A DNA stretch of 64,000 nucleotides from Schmidtea polychroa. Taxonomy: Eukaryota. The DNA is taken from contig CM097888.1 in the NCBI GenBank assembly GCA_044892525.1, positions 91,264,001 to 91,328,000 on the forward strand, read 5' to 3'. Position 1 is the first letter of the stretch, and every line of letters starts with the position of its first letter. Below are positions 25,801 through 39,962 of this stretch, piece after piece. The position numbers were made by a program, and so were the translations under genes. The notes beneath the pieces were generated by a model, which saw only the letters and a program-made list of their open reading frames with translations, was not told the origin of the DNA and made no database searches.

Positions 25801-28800
25801 ATACTTCATGACAAAAAACTTTGCAAGAAAATACAATTTCAAATTTGTATCGTGCTGTAAAAAATAAAGGGCTCAGCCGGGATTTGAACCCGGGACCACT
25901 CGCACCCTAAGCGAGTATCATACCCCTAGACCACTGAGCCAACATCATTTTTCCATAAAATTTATCCAATATTCCACCCACATTATTATTTTCAATAAAT
26001 CATCATCCATTTCATGTTGTCTCATCTCATTTTTCAATTTTCAGTTATTCAATTCAATTAGTTGCCACTTTTCTATAGCATAGATTTTCTAATCCTAATT
26101 TCTCCAATTCTTTCATCACAAATTCCATTGAACCATGAATATGATAAAATTGATGTTCTTCACGTATTTTCCGGCTTTACATACTTCATGACAAAAAACT
26201 TTGCAAGAAAATACAATTTCAAATTTGTATCGTGCTGTAAAAAATAAAGGGCTCAGCCGGGATTTGAACCCGGGACCACTCGCACCCTAAGCGAGTATCA
26301 TACCCCTAGACCACTGAGCCAACATCATTTTTCCATAAAATTTATCCAATATTCCACCCTCATTATTATTTTCAATAAATCATCATCCATTTCATGTTGT
26401 CTCATCTCATTTTTCAATTTTCAGTTATTCAATTCAATTAGTTGCCACTTTTCTATAGCATAGATTTTCTAATCCTAATTTCTCCAATTCTTTCATCACA
26501 AATTCCATTGAACCATGAATATGATAAAATTGATGTTCTTCACGTATTTTCCGGCTTTACATACTTCATGACAAAAAACTTTGCAAGAAAATACAATTTC
26601 AAATTTGTATCGTGCTGTAAAAAATAAAGGGCTCAGCCGGGATTTGAACCCGGGACCACTCGCACCCTAAGCGAGTATCATACCCCTAGACCACTGAGCC
26701 AACATCATTTTTCCATAAAATTTATCCAATATTCCACCCACATTATTATTTTCAATAAATCATCATCCATTTCATGTTGTCTCATCTCATTTTTCAATTT
26801 TCAGTTATTCAATTCAATTAGTTGCCACTTTTCTATAGCATAGATTTTCTAATCCTAATTTCTCCAATTCTTTCATCACAAATTCCATTGAACCATGAAT
26901 ATGATAAAATTGATGTTCTTCACGTATTTTCCGGCTTTACATACTTCATGACAAAAAACTTTGCAAGAAAATACAATTTCAAATTTGTATCGTGCTGTAA
27001 AAAATAAAGGGCTCAGCCGGGATTTGAACCCGGGACCACTCGCACCCTAAGCGAGTATCATACCCCTAGACCACTGAGCCAACATCATTTTTCCATAAAA
27101 TTTATCCAATATTCCACCCACATTATTATTTTCAATAAATCATCATCCATTTCATGTTGTCTCATCTCATTTTTCAATTTTCAGTTATTCAATTCAATTA
27201 GTTGCCACTTTTCTATAGCATAGATTTTCTAATCCTAATTTCTCCAATTCTTTCATCACAAATTCCATTGAACCATGAATATGATAAAATTGATGTTCTT
27301 CACGTATTTTCCGGCTTTACATACTTCATGACAAAAAACTTTGCAAGAAAATACAATTTCAAATTTGTATCGTGCTGTAAAAAATAAAGGGCTCAGCCGG
27401 GATTTGAACCCGGGACCACTCGCACCCTAAGCGAGTATCATACCCCTAGACCACTGAGCCAACATCATTTTTCCATAAAATTTATCCAATATTCCACCCT
27501 CATTATTATTTTCAATAAATCATCATCCATTTCATGTTGTCTCATCTCATTTTTCAATTTTCAGTTATTCAATTCAATTAGTTGCCACTTTTCTATAGCA
27601 TAGATTTTCTAATCCTAATTTCTCCAATTCTTTCATCACAAATTCCATTGAACCATGAATATGATAAAATTGATGTTCTTCACGTATTTTCCGGCTTTAC
27701 ATACTTCATGACAAAAAACTTTGCAAGAAAATACAATTTCAAATTTGTATCGTGCTGTAAAAAATAAAGGGCTCAGCCGGGATTTGAACCCGGGACCACT
27801 CGCACCCTAAGCGAGTATCATACCCCTAGACCACTGAGCCAACATCATTTTTCCATAAAATTTATCCAATATTCCACCCACATTATTATTTTCAATAAAT
27901 CATCATCCATTTCATGTTGTCTCATCTCATTTTTCAATTTTCAGTTATTCAATTCAATTAGTTGCCACTTTTCTATAGCATAGATTTTCTAATCCTAATT
28001 TCTCCAATTCTTTCATCACAAATTCCATTGAACCATGAATATGATAAAATTGATGTTCTTCACGTATTTTCCGGCTTTACATACTTCATGACAAAAAACT
28101 TTGCAAGAAAATACAATTTCAAATTTGTATCGTGCTGTAAAAAATAAAGGGCTCAGCCGGGATTTGAACCCGGGACCACTCGCACCCTAAGCGAGTATCA
28201 TACCCCTAGACCACTGAGCCAACATCATTTTTCCATAAAATTTATCCAATATTCCACCCACATTATTATTTTCAATAAATCATCATCCATTTCATGTTGT
28301 CTCATCTCATTTTTCAATTTTCAGTTATTCAATTCAATTAGTTGCCACTTTTCTATAGCATAGATTTTCTAATCCTAATTTCTCCAATTCTTTCATCACA
28401 AATTCCATTGAACCATGAATATGATAAAATTGATGTTCTTCACGTATTTTCCGGCTTTACATACTTCATGACAAAAAACTTTGCAAGAAAATACAATTTC
28501 AAATTTGTATCGTGCTGTAAAAAATAAAGGGCTCAGCCGGGATTTGAACCCGGGACCACTCGCACCCTAAGCGAGTATCATACCCCTAGACCACTGAGCC
28601 AACATCATTTTTCCATAAAATTTATCCAATATTCCACCCACATTATTATTTTCAATAAATCATCATCCATTTCATGTTGTCTCATCTCATTTTTCAATTT
28701 TCAGTTATTCAATTCAATTAGTTGCCACTTTTCTATAGCATAGATTTTCTAATCCTAATTTCTCCAATTCTTTCATCACAAATTCCATTGAACCATGAAT

Positions 28801-30807
28801 ATGATAAAATTGATGTTCTTCACGTATTTTCCGGCTTTACATACTTCATGACAAAAAACTTTGCAAGAAAATACAATTTCAAATTTGTATCGTGCTGTAA
28901 AAAATAAAGGGCTCAGCCGGGATTTGAACCCGGGACCACTCGCACCCTAAGCGAGTATCATACCCCTAGACCACTGAGCCAACATCATTTTTCCATAAAA
29001 TTTATCCAATATTCCACCCACATTATTATTTTCAATAAATCATCATCCATTTCATGTTGTCTCATCTCATTTTTCAATTTTCAGTTATTCAATTCAATTA
29101 GTTGCCACTTTTCTATAGCATAGATTTTCTAATCCTAATTTCTCCAATTCTTTCATCACAAATTCCATTGAACCATGAATATGATAAAATTGATGTTCTT
29201 CACGTATTTTCCGGCTTTACATACTTCATGACAAAAAACTTTGCAAGAAAATACAATTTCAAATTTGTATCGTGCTGTAAAAAATAAAGGGCTCAGCCGG
29301 GATTTGAACCCGGGACCACTCGCACCCTAAGCGAGTATCATACCCCTAGACCACTGAGCCAACATCATTTTCCATAAAATTTATCCAATATTCCACCCAC
29401 ATTATTATTTTCAATAAATCATCATCCATTTCATGTTGTCTCATCTCATTTTTCAATTTTCAGTTATTCAATTCAATTAGTTGCCACTTTTCTATAGCAT
29501 AGATTTTCTAATCCTAATTTCTCCAATTCTTTCATCACAAATTCCATTGAACCATGAATATGATAAAATTGATGTTCTTCACGTATTTTCCGGCTTTACA
29601 TACTTCATGACAAAAAACTTTGCAAGAAAATACAATTTCAAATTTGTATCGTGCTGTAAAAAATAAAGGGCTCAGCCGGGATTTGAACCCGGGACCACTC
29701 GCACCCTAAGCGAGTATCATACCCCTAGACCACTGAGCCAACATCATTTTTCCATAAAATTTATCCAATATTCCACCCACATTATTATTTTCAATAAATC
29801 ATCATCCATTTCATGTTGTCTCATCTCATTTTTCAATTTTCAGTTATTCAATTCAATTAGTTGCCACTTTTCTATAGCATAGATTTTCTAATCCTAATTT
29901 CTCCAATTCTTTCATCACAAATTCCATTGAACCATGAATATGATAAAATTGATGTTCTTCACGTATTTTCCGGCTTTACATACTTCATGACAAAAAACTT
30001 TGCAAGAAAATACAATTTCAAATTTGTATCGTGCTGTAAAAAATAAAGGGCTCAGCCGGGATTTGAACCCGGGACCACTCGCACCCTAAGCGAGTATCAT
30101 ACCCCTAGACCACTGAGCCAACATCATTTTTCCATAAAATTTATCCAATATTCCACCCTCATTATTATTTTCAATAAATCATCATCCATTTCATGTTGTC
30201 TCATCTCATTTTTCAATTTTCAGTTATTCAATTCAATTAGTTGCCACTTTTCTATAGCATAGATTTTCTAATCCTAATTTCTCCAATTCTTTCATCACAA
30301 ATTCCATTGAACCATGAATATGATAAAATTGATGTTCTTCACGTATTTTCCGGCTTTACATACTTCATGACAAAAAACTTTGCAAGAAAATACAATTTCA
30401 AATTTGTATCGTGCTGTAAAAAATAAAGGGCTCAGCCGGGATTTGAACCCGGGACCACTCGCACCCTAAGCGAGTATCATACCCCTAGACCACTGAGCCA
30501 ACATCATTTTTCCATAAAATTTATCCAATATTCCACCCACATTATTATTTTCAATAAATCATCATCCATTTCATGTTGTCTCATCTCATTTTTCAATTTT
30601 CAGTTATTCAATTCAATTAGTTGCCACTTTTCTATAGCATAGATTTTCTAATCCTAATTTCTCCAATTCTTTCATCACAAATTCCATTGAACCATGAATA
30701 TGATAAAATTGATGTTCTTCACGTATTTTCCGGCTTTACATACTTCATGACAAAAAACTTTGCAAGAAAATACAATTTCAAATTTGTATCGTGCTGTAAA
30801 AAATAAA

Positions 30808-30879
30808 GGGCTCAGCCGGGATTTGAACCCGGGACCACTCGCACCCTAAGCGAGTATCATACCCCTAGACCACTGAGCC
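30808..30879 (-). tRNA. tRNA-Pro(AGG), rightmost complete copy
   Basis: Identical to the 19789-19860 copy. Confidence 0.97.
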
Positions 30880-32276
30880 AACATCATTTTTCCATAAAAT
30901 TTATCCAATATTCCACCCTCATTATTATTTTCAATAAATCATCATCCATTTCATGTTGTCTCATCTCATTTTTCAATTTTCAGTTATTCAATTCAATTAG
31001 TTGCCACTTTTCTATAGCATAGATTTTCTAATCCTAATTTCTCCAATTCTTTCATCACAAATTCCATTGAACCATGAATATGATAAAATTGATGTTCTTC
31101 ACGTATTTTCCGGCTTTACATACTTCATGACAAAAAACTTTGCAAGAAAATACAATTTCAAATTTGTATCGTGCTGTAAAAAATAAAGGNNNNNNNNNNN
31201 NNNNNNNNNNNNNNNNNNNNNNNNNNNNNNNNNNNNNNNNNNNNNNNNNNNNNNNNNNNNNNNNNNNNNNNNNNNNNNNNNNNNNNNNNNNNNNNNNNNN
31301 NNNNNNNNNNNNNNNNNNNNNNNNNNNNNNNNNNNNNNNNNNNNNNNNNNNNNNNNNNNNNNNNNNNNNNNNNNNNNNNNNNNNNNNNNNNNNNNNNNNN
31401 NNNNNNNNNNNNNNNNNNNNNNNNNNNNNTTTATTTTACTACAGGACACTATGTGGTGTATGTGATGTGAGTAATTATTATCAAATTGACTTAACAAAAT
31501 AACATCAATTACAGGAGAAAAAACGAATCTAATCATGTCAAACCTTAGGCGAATGCATTAAAACTTAAGAATAAGATCAGATCTCTGCTCAGTTTTTTAG
31601 AGATAGTTTTAAATAACGACTATAAGGAAGTAGGGTAAAGGAAACTAATGTCGAATTCCTGCTTTGAAAAATAACAATTTAAGGTGGATCAAATAAAACT
31701 TGAAAATAAGGGCGGATTTATTCTCCACTGATCGATTAATAAGGATTCTGAAAGCAGTTTATAATTTGATCAATCAATCAGTTTACAAGTTCAAAAATAT
31801 CCAGCAAAACCACCCTGCAGATTCAATAGTTAATATAGAAGATTTACATTCCTCAAGTCATGTTGAAAATGGTATCATACAATAAAGAACTCCAAAGGAT
31901 TTATTATTGGTGGCAACATCATCCTTCGAAACACAAAAAATCGATCAAAAAATTATGTAATTAATTTCCAAATTGGTAATATTTCAAACGAAAAGATCTA
32001 GATAATATAAATATATATATTTAATTTCCATTAAAACCTTTTTAACAGTTTTTTTTTTTGGACAAATCAAATATAATATCGGGATACCAAAATAGGAATG
32101 AATGAAAAAAATAAAAATTCCATCGAAACTCCCACGCATAAATGAATAAAATTAAGAAATTATTGACTAAATAAAAATCGCCACTATAATCATTACAAAT
32201 CAAATTTATATAATATTGTAAAAATCAATAAGTTGGCCATGGCTTGATGATTTTAATAGATATTTATTTTTATTTA

Positions 32277-32633
<357 letters not shown>

Positions 32634-33254
32634 TCGGTTCAGAAATTGAAATATATTTGCGAATATTAATTTAAAAAATTAAAATTGATATCGATTTAAA
32701 TTAATTATTATTATTGTGTAAGATGAAACAAATGAAATATTTAAACAAAATCTGAAAATTTTCAATAAACAACATTTTCTTCTTTGTTAGAATGTATTGA
32801 AAAGAATTTTGTGTTGATTTATATTTTCATTAATTCGTATTTTAACATTAATTTAGATATTAACTATATTGATTTTACTAAAAAAAGAACTTTTATTATT
32901 TATTGACTTATTAATTTATCTAAATTTTCTTCTTTTATATTTAGTTTTCAGTTTTCTTATTTAGAATTTCATATTTTACATATTTTTTAAAATTTTATTA
33001 TTTCAAAGTTGAAATATTTTGCATTCTTGATTTCAAAAATTTGTGGAGTTATGGGTATTGAATTGATTTAGTCTTTTTGATAACTAGTTTGCTTCAATCT
33101 CTGAAACCACAGCCACGATCAAAACATAATTGAATCAAACCATACGTTTGGTACTATGTAGGTTAGATAGAATCTGAAAACAAATTTGAATCCTCCCGGA
33201 CTGTGTTAAGTTACGGATGCCTCGGTTTCATGGTACCTGTAGAAGGCATATATA

Positions 33255-33671
33255 CAGGGACGGATCTACATATGGGCTAATAGGTTTATAGCCCTGGGCC
33301 CAGATCCGCAAGAGGCCACCAATCTCTTGGGCATATACCTATTATATTATATACCAAGTCAGGCCTATAAGAGAAAAGATCGAAACACAAAAAAATTAAA
33401 ACACAAATTTACTAATACTTATTAAAAATAAACAAAAAATAATACATAACATTAAAACATGATTAATTTTCATCACTTAATCACCTCAAGGAACGATCAG
33501 AGTCATTTTTATTAACCGGTAGTGTAAGACGCAGCTGCAGAAATAAATAATGACCGTATTGTAACTACAGGTTCTCGACTAAGTATTATTGTGTCAACTG
33601 TTGTATCACTATTTGTATATATTTTTGGTATTTTTAAGCCCTGGGTCTCCAAAAAGCTAGATCCGTCCCTG
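33255..33671. mobile_element. hAT-type MITE
   Basis: TIRs cagggacggatcta / tagatccgtccctg; 8-bp TSD catatata / catacata (1 mismatch). Confidence 0.85.
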
Positions 33672-34320
33672 CATACATACTATAATTCACTAAGGTGGTT
33701 TCATATGATTATATATAACAATAATAATGAAAATTATAAAATTCAAAATCATTATGAATGATTAGAAATTTTAGTATAATTCTTTTGAACTCTTTGTCGT
33801 TATTTGACAACGTCGTACTCTGAAACCATTCTAATGTGATGCATATGCCTCACAGCCGCAGATTGATTGATCTTCAATGTAATGTGCCTTGTATTTTAAC
33901 GAAGATCAGCTTCAAGTATCGAGGATCGCCGAAATACACTGTCAGTATTTGAGTTGACCTGCATACATTTTATGAAAAAATTTCTAAGAATTTGGGAAAA
34001 AAATTTTTTAATTATTTTTATGCTTTAGAGTTGACTTAGATAAATTTTTTTAAGATTAATAATATACCGGCGCGTGGGTATATCAAAATTTTCGGTTTTG
34101 ACCGTCCCTGAAAACCTTCAAATTGAACCTTACAATGTCATTGATTACCACGTGTCACCATAATAGACATTCTGAAACCCTTAGTAAAACTCTTCGAAAT
34201 GAGCCATTGATTGCCGAAATAAAATGTCAGGGACTCTCAATAATCAGCTATGAGTTATCGAGCCACAACTTTTAAAGTCGATTTGACCTACGTCATTTTC
34301 AAAAAAAAATTCTATGTCAG

Positions 34321-34420
34321 TGAGTTGACCTACATAATTTTTTGAGTTGATCTACTTAATTTGAGTTGACCCATTTAATTTGGAGTTGACTTACTCAATT
34401 TTTGAGTTAGGACCTACATA
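34321..34420. repeat. Degenerate ~20-bp minisatellite (tttgagttgacctac core, 5 copies)
   Basis: Repeated gagttgacc/gagttgatc/gagttgact cores; related single copy at about 33950. Probably transposon subterminal repeats. Confidence 0.7.
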
Positions 34421-36221
34421 ATTTTAGTTTAAAAATTCCATTGTCTTTGAGTAATTTCATATTTTTTCAAAAATAATACTAAACCACAATAAATTTTAAA
34501 TCTTTCTTTAATTAGTGGTTCAATACAAATTTAGAATATGTATTATATTAACACGATATATTGGAAATCACGGATACTTATTTAATTTTTACAATTAACA
34601 TTACTAAATGAGAAAGGTTGATTTTATTATTTAAAAAGTTGAAAAATATAAATGTAAATTAATAATGACTTAACATTTTCCCTAAATTTTACCGGAATGT
34701 CAAGTTTAAACACTAATAATAATAATTTCCAAAATTAATAAATAAAATAAAATCACTCAAAAACTGTATTAATTATGCACATTGTGAGAATGTGCTTAAA
34801 TTAACTAATTAAATAAATAATTAAATAATTAAAAGTAAAATAAAATATTAAATGAATGTATGTTATGGGTTGATGTGGTATGCAAATTATTCATGCTTAC
34901 ATTAGTCGAAGTTGAATAAAAATCCTCGTAAAGATTTGTTTAAATATCGCAACCAAATTGCATTGTTTTTGAATTAATTAAATATTAATATTTTATTATG
35001 GATGTTATAAATATTAAAAGTATAACAACTAACAGACATTAATCACACATTCTTAACAAATATTACTAACAAGCTCAGTTATAGTTGTTTGGCCTGTAAT
35101 ATTTTTAAAATTTAAATTGATGTAAATTTTCTTGAGATTTTTCTTTGAGATTAAGTATTTTCAGAACCTTTGACATCATTAGAAATCATTTCAAATGAAG
35201 GTGAGACAGCAAAATGTTCAATTATGATGATAATGTAATGCTTAGACTCTATTGTATATAATTATTTATTTTTCAATCAAATTCATCTTTATAGTTTTCT
35301 TTTTGGTTTTCAGCAATTTTTAAATTCCCTAAGATTCTCACTCTTCGGATTTTGAGATCAAATATATTACAATATAATATTTGGGTCGTTTATAACTGTG
35401 TTATTTAAAATTTCCGAGCCCGTGGAACCCTTTTAACATACAAAATTTAGGCGCTACTATTCCAAAAAGTTTGTGACATGGCTGTTTAACTGAAATTCAC
35501 ATATAGTCCACTTTTATTTAATAAAAATAAAAAATTTAGTCTTTATTGAATGTACTCTTTTTTATGCATATGTGATCCCTCGGAGGTTTTGAGAAACCCA
35601 AATTGAAAATGACTGATTCCAAGTAAATTATTTTACTGTAATATTAATTATATATGTTCCTGGCATTCCAAATTAAATTTACAACTTTAAAAATTCGAGA
35701 AATTATTTTTAATGTGTCATTACAATCAGTTCTAATAATCAAATTGTAAGTTGACCACCATCTTTATTATATAGCTTTCCTACACAATACAATATAAATA
35801 TACAACCATATTTTGGTAATTAATTTTGTCTACGTTTTATCGTTCTTCAAGCATTGTATTTTTTAAACTCTCTATATTAGCTTCACTTTGCATATTTGAA
35901 TGTTTGTATGAACCACGTAAATCTTGCGTCGGCAAATTAACCTAAATCCCCTGATCGGATAGAGCTGAAATTTAACAGATAGATTTCTCATCGAGGACAA
36001 TGCATTCTTTCAAAATTGCAGATTGATCGAAGGTACTACAATTAACTTTTTTTGAAAATTTTCAATTTTATTAATATTTTCAAAATTTCTTTCAAAATAT
36101 TATAAAAAATGTTTCTTTCAAAGTAATTTCTTAACTAGGTGATTTTGCGTAATATAAAATATTCCATAGGATTGAGCACGCATATTGATATTTTAATTTT
36201 GAGAGAATGTATAAACGTGAG

Positions 36222-37045
36222 ATACACCTAAATCCGAAATATAAAAGTTTCTATAATCTAAAAAAATCGATAAAATTATAATATAGGAACACACAAACTT
36301 ACCTGTGTGCAAATATTTGATGTTTCGAAAGTTAAAAGTTTTATTATAGGAATTGAGAAAGTAACAGAAAAATAATTTTACATACAAACACGGCACACAT
36401 AATATAAAATACACGCAAATTTAATATAGAGTTTTTTATTCCGAAAGTTAAAAGTAATTAACATATTGTTAACATATCATTATTTTTAATATATTAAAAT
36501 TCATACCGGAAAAAAATTTGGATTTTCAATCGGACAACTCTACTTTTAGTTTTCGAGAAAAGAAGGACAAAACATCGTAAGATCTATTTATTATTTATTA
36601 TTTCTTTAGATTTTCAAAGGTTTCTTTGGAAACACTTCCTTTTTGCGAAGGTGAAGATCTGACAATGTAAAGAATTTTTTCATTTAATTACAAATAATTA
36701 AAATATTTTACAGCATATCAGATATTTCTTGTCAAACGCCTTTGTGTGAAGGTAGCATTTATAATATTTAACAAGTTCCATCGACATCTTTGGATTTGCA
36801 GTAAAAAATTCGAAAATCGTAAATTTTAATAACATATTTTAAAAAAAATAATATTTTCATAGAATTTCAGAAAATGATCATTTATGTAAAATTATTTTTC
36901 TGTCACTTTCTCAATTTCTAAAATAAAACTTTTAACTTTCGGAATATTAAATTTTTGCACACAGGCAAGTTTGTGTGTTCCTATATTATAATTTTATCGA
37001 ATTTTTTAGATTATAGAAACTTTTAACTTTCGGAATTAGGTGTAT
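36222..37045. mobile_element. Foldback/MITE-like element with ~165-bp imperfect TIRs
   Basis: 36222-36385 is the reverse complement (with scattered mismatches) of 36882-37045. A second, truncated copy is at 41664-42298. Confidence 0.75.
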
Positions 37046-37570
37046 AGAGAGTCTCTCTATACACCTAATTCCGAAAGTTAAAAGAGAGAGTTTTAAAAAA
37101 TATGTTTTTACGGTTAGTTTTATTTTTACTTTTTCTCTTGATGACAAATAATCTGTCCATTTACATGTCCATTTACAGATCTATTTATGTGTGAATGTTT
37201 GTGGTTTGATATTTGTAAAAAATACAACAATACAGAAATACACGTTACAGGTGCAAAGATAACGCGATTACTTGCACAAAATTTATGTTAGTAAGTAGAC
37301 TGTATCTTTCAAAAATGTTGTCAATCTAAGTACGTTCAGTTATTATTTTTTTTTTAATATATTTAATAAAAAAATATTTCGGTTAAAAAGTTTTATTTTT
37401 TCCCGGGAAACTCAATAATCCGACGATCTCATGAATATTTGATATTCCATAATGGCATTAGTGATTCCCGTAGACAATTGTAATAGATAATTCCATTTAT
37501 TCGTGGAAATCGATGTATATCTGCCACTGACCGATATGGAATCGATATAGTTTTTCCCCTTATTTTTATC

Positions 37571-39962
37571 ATGTGTAAATCGGAGTGCTTGAAAAAGTTT
37601 TTTGACTGGTTTTTGTCTTGTAGAAACGTTTTCAAATTGTTGACGATAGTTCTAAATGTTACGATCTGCTTCGTTGGGTTTGGGATCGTCATTACGTTTG
37701 GGATCGGGATTTGCAGCGTCATGGTGTATGATTTGGTGAACAATTTCGATCAGTATCTGAATATCCGTCAATGTTATGGTCTGGTAATCATTATCGGAAT
37801 ATTTATGATAATTCTGGCGATTTATTCGCTATTTTTAGTGTCCAAAAATAATATTTGTCAGTTATTTATTTCGGTTTGTTTGAAGTTGGATTTTGAATTC
37901 AGTTTGATGAAATTTTTCTTTAGGTTATATTTTACTTCTTTATGACGATTACGCTCGGAGCGATGTTGTTTCATACTTGGTATGATAAACAGGTTTACAC
38001 GAAAAATCGGGTGGTCACAGCAATCCGTTCGTACGATTGGAAAAGTTTCAATTCTCATCATTTGGACCGTTTGCAAAATACTCTCAGTTGTTGTGGTTAT
38101 GAAAGTAATTTGTTAATATTATATAGTCTCTGACTAATTAATGTTACCTATTGGGCACATTATGGCATAATACAACTAGTTTTGTAGTGAAAAATAATTT
38201 TTCAAAACCAAAAAAAAACAGAATGAATAATTCATGTTAACCGTTAATTTTTTTCACTCTGTTGGATTCAGTAAAATTTAAACTGAATTTTGATCCACTA
38301 GTCCAGTGTTGTCCAAACTGTGTGCCGCGACGGGTGCCCAGGTGTGCCGTGAAATTCTTTTAAAAAAAGTCAAAAAAACCCTGTTTTTCCAAACAACTTA
38401 ATAAAAGGAAATTGAATTGTGGATATTTTAACAGTTATTTCAAATTTAAATGTTAATCAGTCAATTAAATCAAAGAAGCGGGAACGTATGGTTAACATTG
38501 ATCAAGAATTAAGAGTTTGTTTGTCAAAAATTCCACCTCGATTGGAACTTATTTGTTCGGAACATCAAGCACATAAATCTCATTAACTATGTTTTATGAA
38601 TTTTTCATTCACTAATTTTTCTAAATTTAAAATTTTTTACATTAAATTTATTTCAAGTAAATAAGTTTTTCATTTCTTATTAAACAATTAGTAAAGGTGC
38701 AATATAAAATTGCAAATAAAGCAAAAAAAAATTTTAGGTGTGCCGCGAAAATTTTTAATTCAGCCAAGTGTGCCGTGGCTCAAAAGGTTTGGTCTACACT
38801 GCACTAGTCAAAAAGATTTCCTCGTCATTTCATTTTTCGTTACCTTTTTATTTTGAAGTAAATTATAAATAATATATTTTGTAAAATTTTGTAAAACGAA
38901 ATCTAGTTGGTTAATAGAATGATAAAAAAATTTATTTTGAAAGTAACTTAAACCTTATATACCCAAGGTCATTTTATTAGAAATTAGAATTTTCAATTTA
39001 AACATTAATTTCTTCGAATACTAGAACTACGATTACGTCATATATGTCATTTCAAAATAGAATGAAGTTAACTGCGCTTCATAAAATTGGTTTGACCGGG
39101 AAATTTTGAATATATTCATAGAAATATAGATTTTAACGATATCTTTTATGATTCGAGGGGTATTTAAGCGTTAATATAAATGGTCTTAGGTAAATAAACG
39201 GCTCATAGAAGCATATGTGAAATGTAAAATGCACAAATCTTTTCATATGGACACTTTGAACACAAATGGTGGATTTTGGTAAATCATTAGTCACGTCTGT
39301 CTAAGGGTCAGTATTAAATTTATCATAACGTTTTATAGTAATGTTTTAAAAGGTTAACTTTTGTTATTATTCTATCGAAGGGGCCTTTTAAGGTTATTAG
39401 AAATGCAAAGATATGGAAGGATGCATATATTCATAATTTCTATTATTATATCATATTATTACGATATTATATGATATTAATAACCATTTATTATCATTCA
39501 TTTACAGGTGGAGCTGACTACCATCAAAGCAATAACTTATTCAAGAAAGATAACGTTCCACAATCTTGCTGTTTAGATAATTCCAAATCCATCATCAAAT
39601 GTAACCCAAATGTAACCCAAATAACCCTAAACAATGCTTACCCCCCAGGATGCAGTAAGCAGCTAGATTCAATTGTCTGGTACACAATTTTCGGGATTTA
39701 TATCAGCTTGATTTCCATACTATTTCTAACATTTCTGACAATGGGATTATTAGTGATCCTAGAATATTGTTCAAAAGAAACTTATGAAAACAATGAGAAA
39801 ACTGGTGACATCGATATTGAGAACAAATCCGACAATCCAGATGAGATCGAGGAAGAAGAAGAAACGAAAGAAGGCGATCTTGAAAACGAATATGTTGAAG
39901 AGAGTGAAAATGAAAAAGACGAAAATGACAATGCAAATGAAAACAATCACACAAAAGAATGA
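37571..39962 (+). CDS. Tetraspanin (3 exons, about 312 aa) with long acidic C-terminal tail
   Basis: Exons 37571-37873, 37924-38104 and 39508-39962 join in frame via GT-AG introns (phases 0 and 1). Four hydrophobic helices. The large loop carries CCG (LSCCGYES), VPQSCC, a further C and the GC motif (PPGCSKQL). Confidence 0.9.
38304..38801 (+). mobile_element. hAT Buster/Charlie-type deletion derivative in tetraspanin intron 2
   Basis: TIRs cagtgttgtccaaac / gtttggtctacactg; perfect TSD cactagtc on both sides. Internal frame KKRERMVNIDQELRVCLSKIPPRLELICSEHQAHKSH* matches the Buster transposase C-terminus. Confidence 0.92.

Larger units (their letters stand above)
19789..30879 (-). tRNA. Cluster of 30 identical intronless tRNA-Pro(AGG) genes
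   Basis: 72-nt copies start (plus coordinates) at 19789+380k for k=0-25, then 29668, 30048, 30428 and 30808. A 31st copy is cut by the gap at 31190. Sequence: GGCTCAG TG GTCTAGGGGTATGAT A CTCGC TTAGGGT GCGAG TGGTC CCGGG TTCAAAT CCCGG CTGAGCC C. It has a perfect acceptor stem, A and B boxes, and a TTTATTTTTT Pol III terminator directly 3'. Confidence 0.97.
19567..31189. repeat. 380-bp tandem array (about 30.6 units visible, right end lost in gap), one tRNA-Pro gene per unit
   Basis: Exact 380-bp period (ORF track repeats at 19602+380k). One unit is 379 bp (T lost at about 29370). Only 7 variant positions were seen in 11.6 kb. Confidence 0.99.

Noticed and set aside
19602-31186. 31 repeated 61-aa ORFs (MPLFYSIDF...) in the ORF track
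   Set aside because: They start at a non-ATG codon, lie in the tRNA spacer antisense to the tRNA, show no domain similarity, and simply recur with the tandem unit.
19567-31189. CRISPR-like array interpretation
   Set aside because: Whole units are identical (no unique spacers), the period is 380 bp, the context is eukaryotic, and there are no cas genes.
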